The notes beneath the pieces are model-generated. The model was not told the DNA's origin. It searched no databases and was given only the letters and a program-made list of their open reading frames with translations. 64,000 nucleotides of DNA from Mobula hypostoma (lineage: Eukaryota): NCBI RefSeq assembly GCF_963921235.1, contig NC_086100.1, positions 202,246,001-202,310,000 of the forward strand, in the 5' to 3' direction. This document shows, in pieces, positions 62,201 through 64,000 of this stretch. Positions within the stretch are counted from its first letter, which is position 1; each line of letters opens with the position of its first letter. Position numbers and translations under genes: made by a program.

Positions 62201-64000
62201 CCCCAGGAGTGAGATACTGACCACCAGGAGTGAGGTACTGACCCACAGGAGTGAGGTACTGACCATCGGCAGTGAGGTACTGACCATCAGGAGTGAGATA
62301 CTGACCCCCAGGAGTGAGATACTGACCATCAGGAGTGGGGTATCGAACCCCAGGAGTGAGATACTGACCACCAGGAGTGAGGTACTGACCATCAGGAGTG
62401 AGGTACTGACCCCCAGGAGTGAGATACTGACCACCAGGAGTGAGGTACTGACCCACAGGAGTGAGGTACTGACCCACAGGAGTGAGATACTGACCATCAG
62501 GAGTGAGATACTGACCATCAAGAGTGAGATACTGACCCCCAGGAATGAGTTACTGACCTCCAGGAGTGAGGTACCGACCATCAGGAGTGAGGTACCGACC
62601 TCCAGGAGTGAGGTACCGACCCCCAGGAGTGAGATACCGACCATCGGGAGTGAGATACGGAGCATCGGGAGTGAGATACTGACCACCGGGAGTGAGATAC
62701 TGACCATCGGGAGTGAGATTCTGACCCCCAGGAGTGAGATACTGACCATCAGGAGTGAGGTACGGACCACCGGGAGTGAGATACTGACCACCAGGAGTGA
62801 GATACTGACCCACATGAGTGAGGTACCAACCCCCAGGGGTGAGATACTGAGCCCCAGGAGTGAGATACTGACCACCGGGAGTGAGGTACTGACCACCGGG
62901 AGTGAGGTACGGACTATCGGGAGTGAGATACTGACCCCCAGAAGTGAGATACTGACCACCTGGAGTGAGGTACGGACCACCAGGAGTAAGGTACGGACCA
63001 CCAGGAGTGAGATACCGACCACTAGGAGTGAGATACTGACCACCAGTAGTGAGGTACTGACCATCAGGAGTGAGGTATCGAACCCCAGGAGTGAGATACT
63101 GACTGTCAGGAGTGAGGTATCGAACCCCAGGAGTGAGGTACTGACCCCCAGGAGTGAGGTACTGACCCCCATGGGTGAGATTCTGGCCATCAGGAGTGAG
63201 ATACTGACCATCAGGAGTGCGGTACTGACCCCGAGGAGTGAGGTACTGACCATCAGGAGTGAGGTACGGACCATCAGGAGTGAGATACTGACCCACAGGA
63301 GTGAGATACTGACCACCAGTAGTGAGGTACTGACCATCAGGAGTGAGATACTGACCCCCAGGAGTGAGATACCGACCCACAGGAGTGAGGTACCGACCAC
63401 CAGCAGTGAGGTACCGACCCCCAGGAGTGAGATACCGAGCCCCAGGAGTGAGGTATGGACCGCCAGGAGTGAGGTACCGACCCCCAGGAATGAGTTACCG
63501 ACCCCCAGGAATGAGTTACTGACCCCCAGGAGTGAGATACTGACCACCAGGAGTGAGGTACTGACCCACAGGAGTGAGGTACTGACCATCGGCAGTGAGG
63601 TACTGACCATCAGGAGTGAGATACTGACCCCCAGGAGTGAGATACTGACCATCAGGAGTGAGGTATCGAACCCCAGGAGTGAGATACTGACCACCAGGAG
63701 TGAGGTACTGACCATCAGGAGTGAGGTACTGACCCACAGGATTGAGGTACTGACCCACAGGAGTGAGGTACTGACCATCAGGAGTGAGATACTGACACCC
63801 AGGAGTGAGTTACTGACCTCCAGGAGTGAGGTACCGACCATCAGGAGTGAGGTACCGACCTCCAGGAGTGAGGTACCGACCCCCAGGAGTGAGATACCGA
63901 CCATCGGGAGTGAGATACCGACCATCGGGAGTGAGATACTGACCCCCAGGAGTGAGATACGGACCATCGGGAGTGAGCTACTGACCACCGGGAGTGAGAT
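47205..64000. repeat. 21-bp satellite (GAGTGAGRTACYGACCMYCAG), about 800 units, runs off the right edge
   Basis: Uninterrupted 21-nt tandem units for 16.8 kb; produces the 7-aa-periodic ORFs. Confidence 0.98.

Noticed and set aside
47197..63988. Very long ORFs (up to 856 aa) with 7-aa periodicity (RSEILTP, YLTPGGQ, VSISLLG)
   Set aside because: Expected from a 21-nt unit lacking stops in several frames; open on both strands, frames switch at slips, and there is no unique domain.
47205..64000. CRISPR-like look of constant plus variable segments
   Set aside because: Variable parts are only a few nt and recur; no unique spacers, no cas genes; vertebrate context.

Overview
Eukaryotic, vertebrate genomic DNA. 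The CR1/Rex/Penelope-type repeat complement and CR1 tail motifs suggest a cartilaginous fish (inference). The window holds the 5' part of one spliced gene on the minus strand: 13 coding exons (46829 down to 10589; 1377 nt, 459 codons, all GT-AG, phases consistent) of an ADAM12/19/33-subfamily metalloprotease, most like ADAM33. It encodes signal peptide, prodomain, RVRR furin site, an intact [12 protein letters not shown] zinc motif with Met-turn, and the start of the disintegrin domain; the gene runs off the left edge. Introns are filled with decayed, nested elements (CR1 and Rex-type LINEs, a Gypsy element, two solo LTRs, hAT MITEs, a Tc1) and many minisatellites. A 21-bp satellite of more than 16.7 kb starts about 375 bp upstream of the ATG. 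Most notable: (1) a tandem array built from the complete exon-12 splice acceptor, stop-free in the exon frame; (2) a 204-bp near-perfect palindrome with a 14-bp TSD carrying a Penelope-type minimal hammerhead ribozyme motif on each strand; (3) the promoter-abutting satellite with higher-order structure. Most long ORFs in the supplied track are repeat artefacts. Family names come from motif recognition only; no database search was run.
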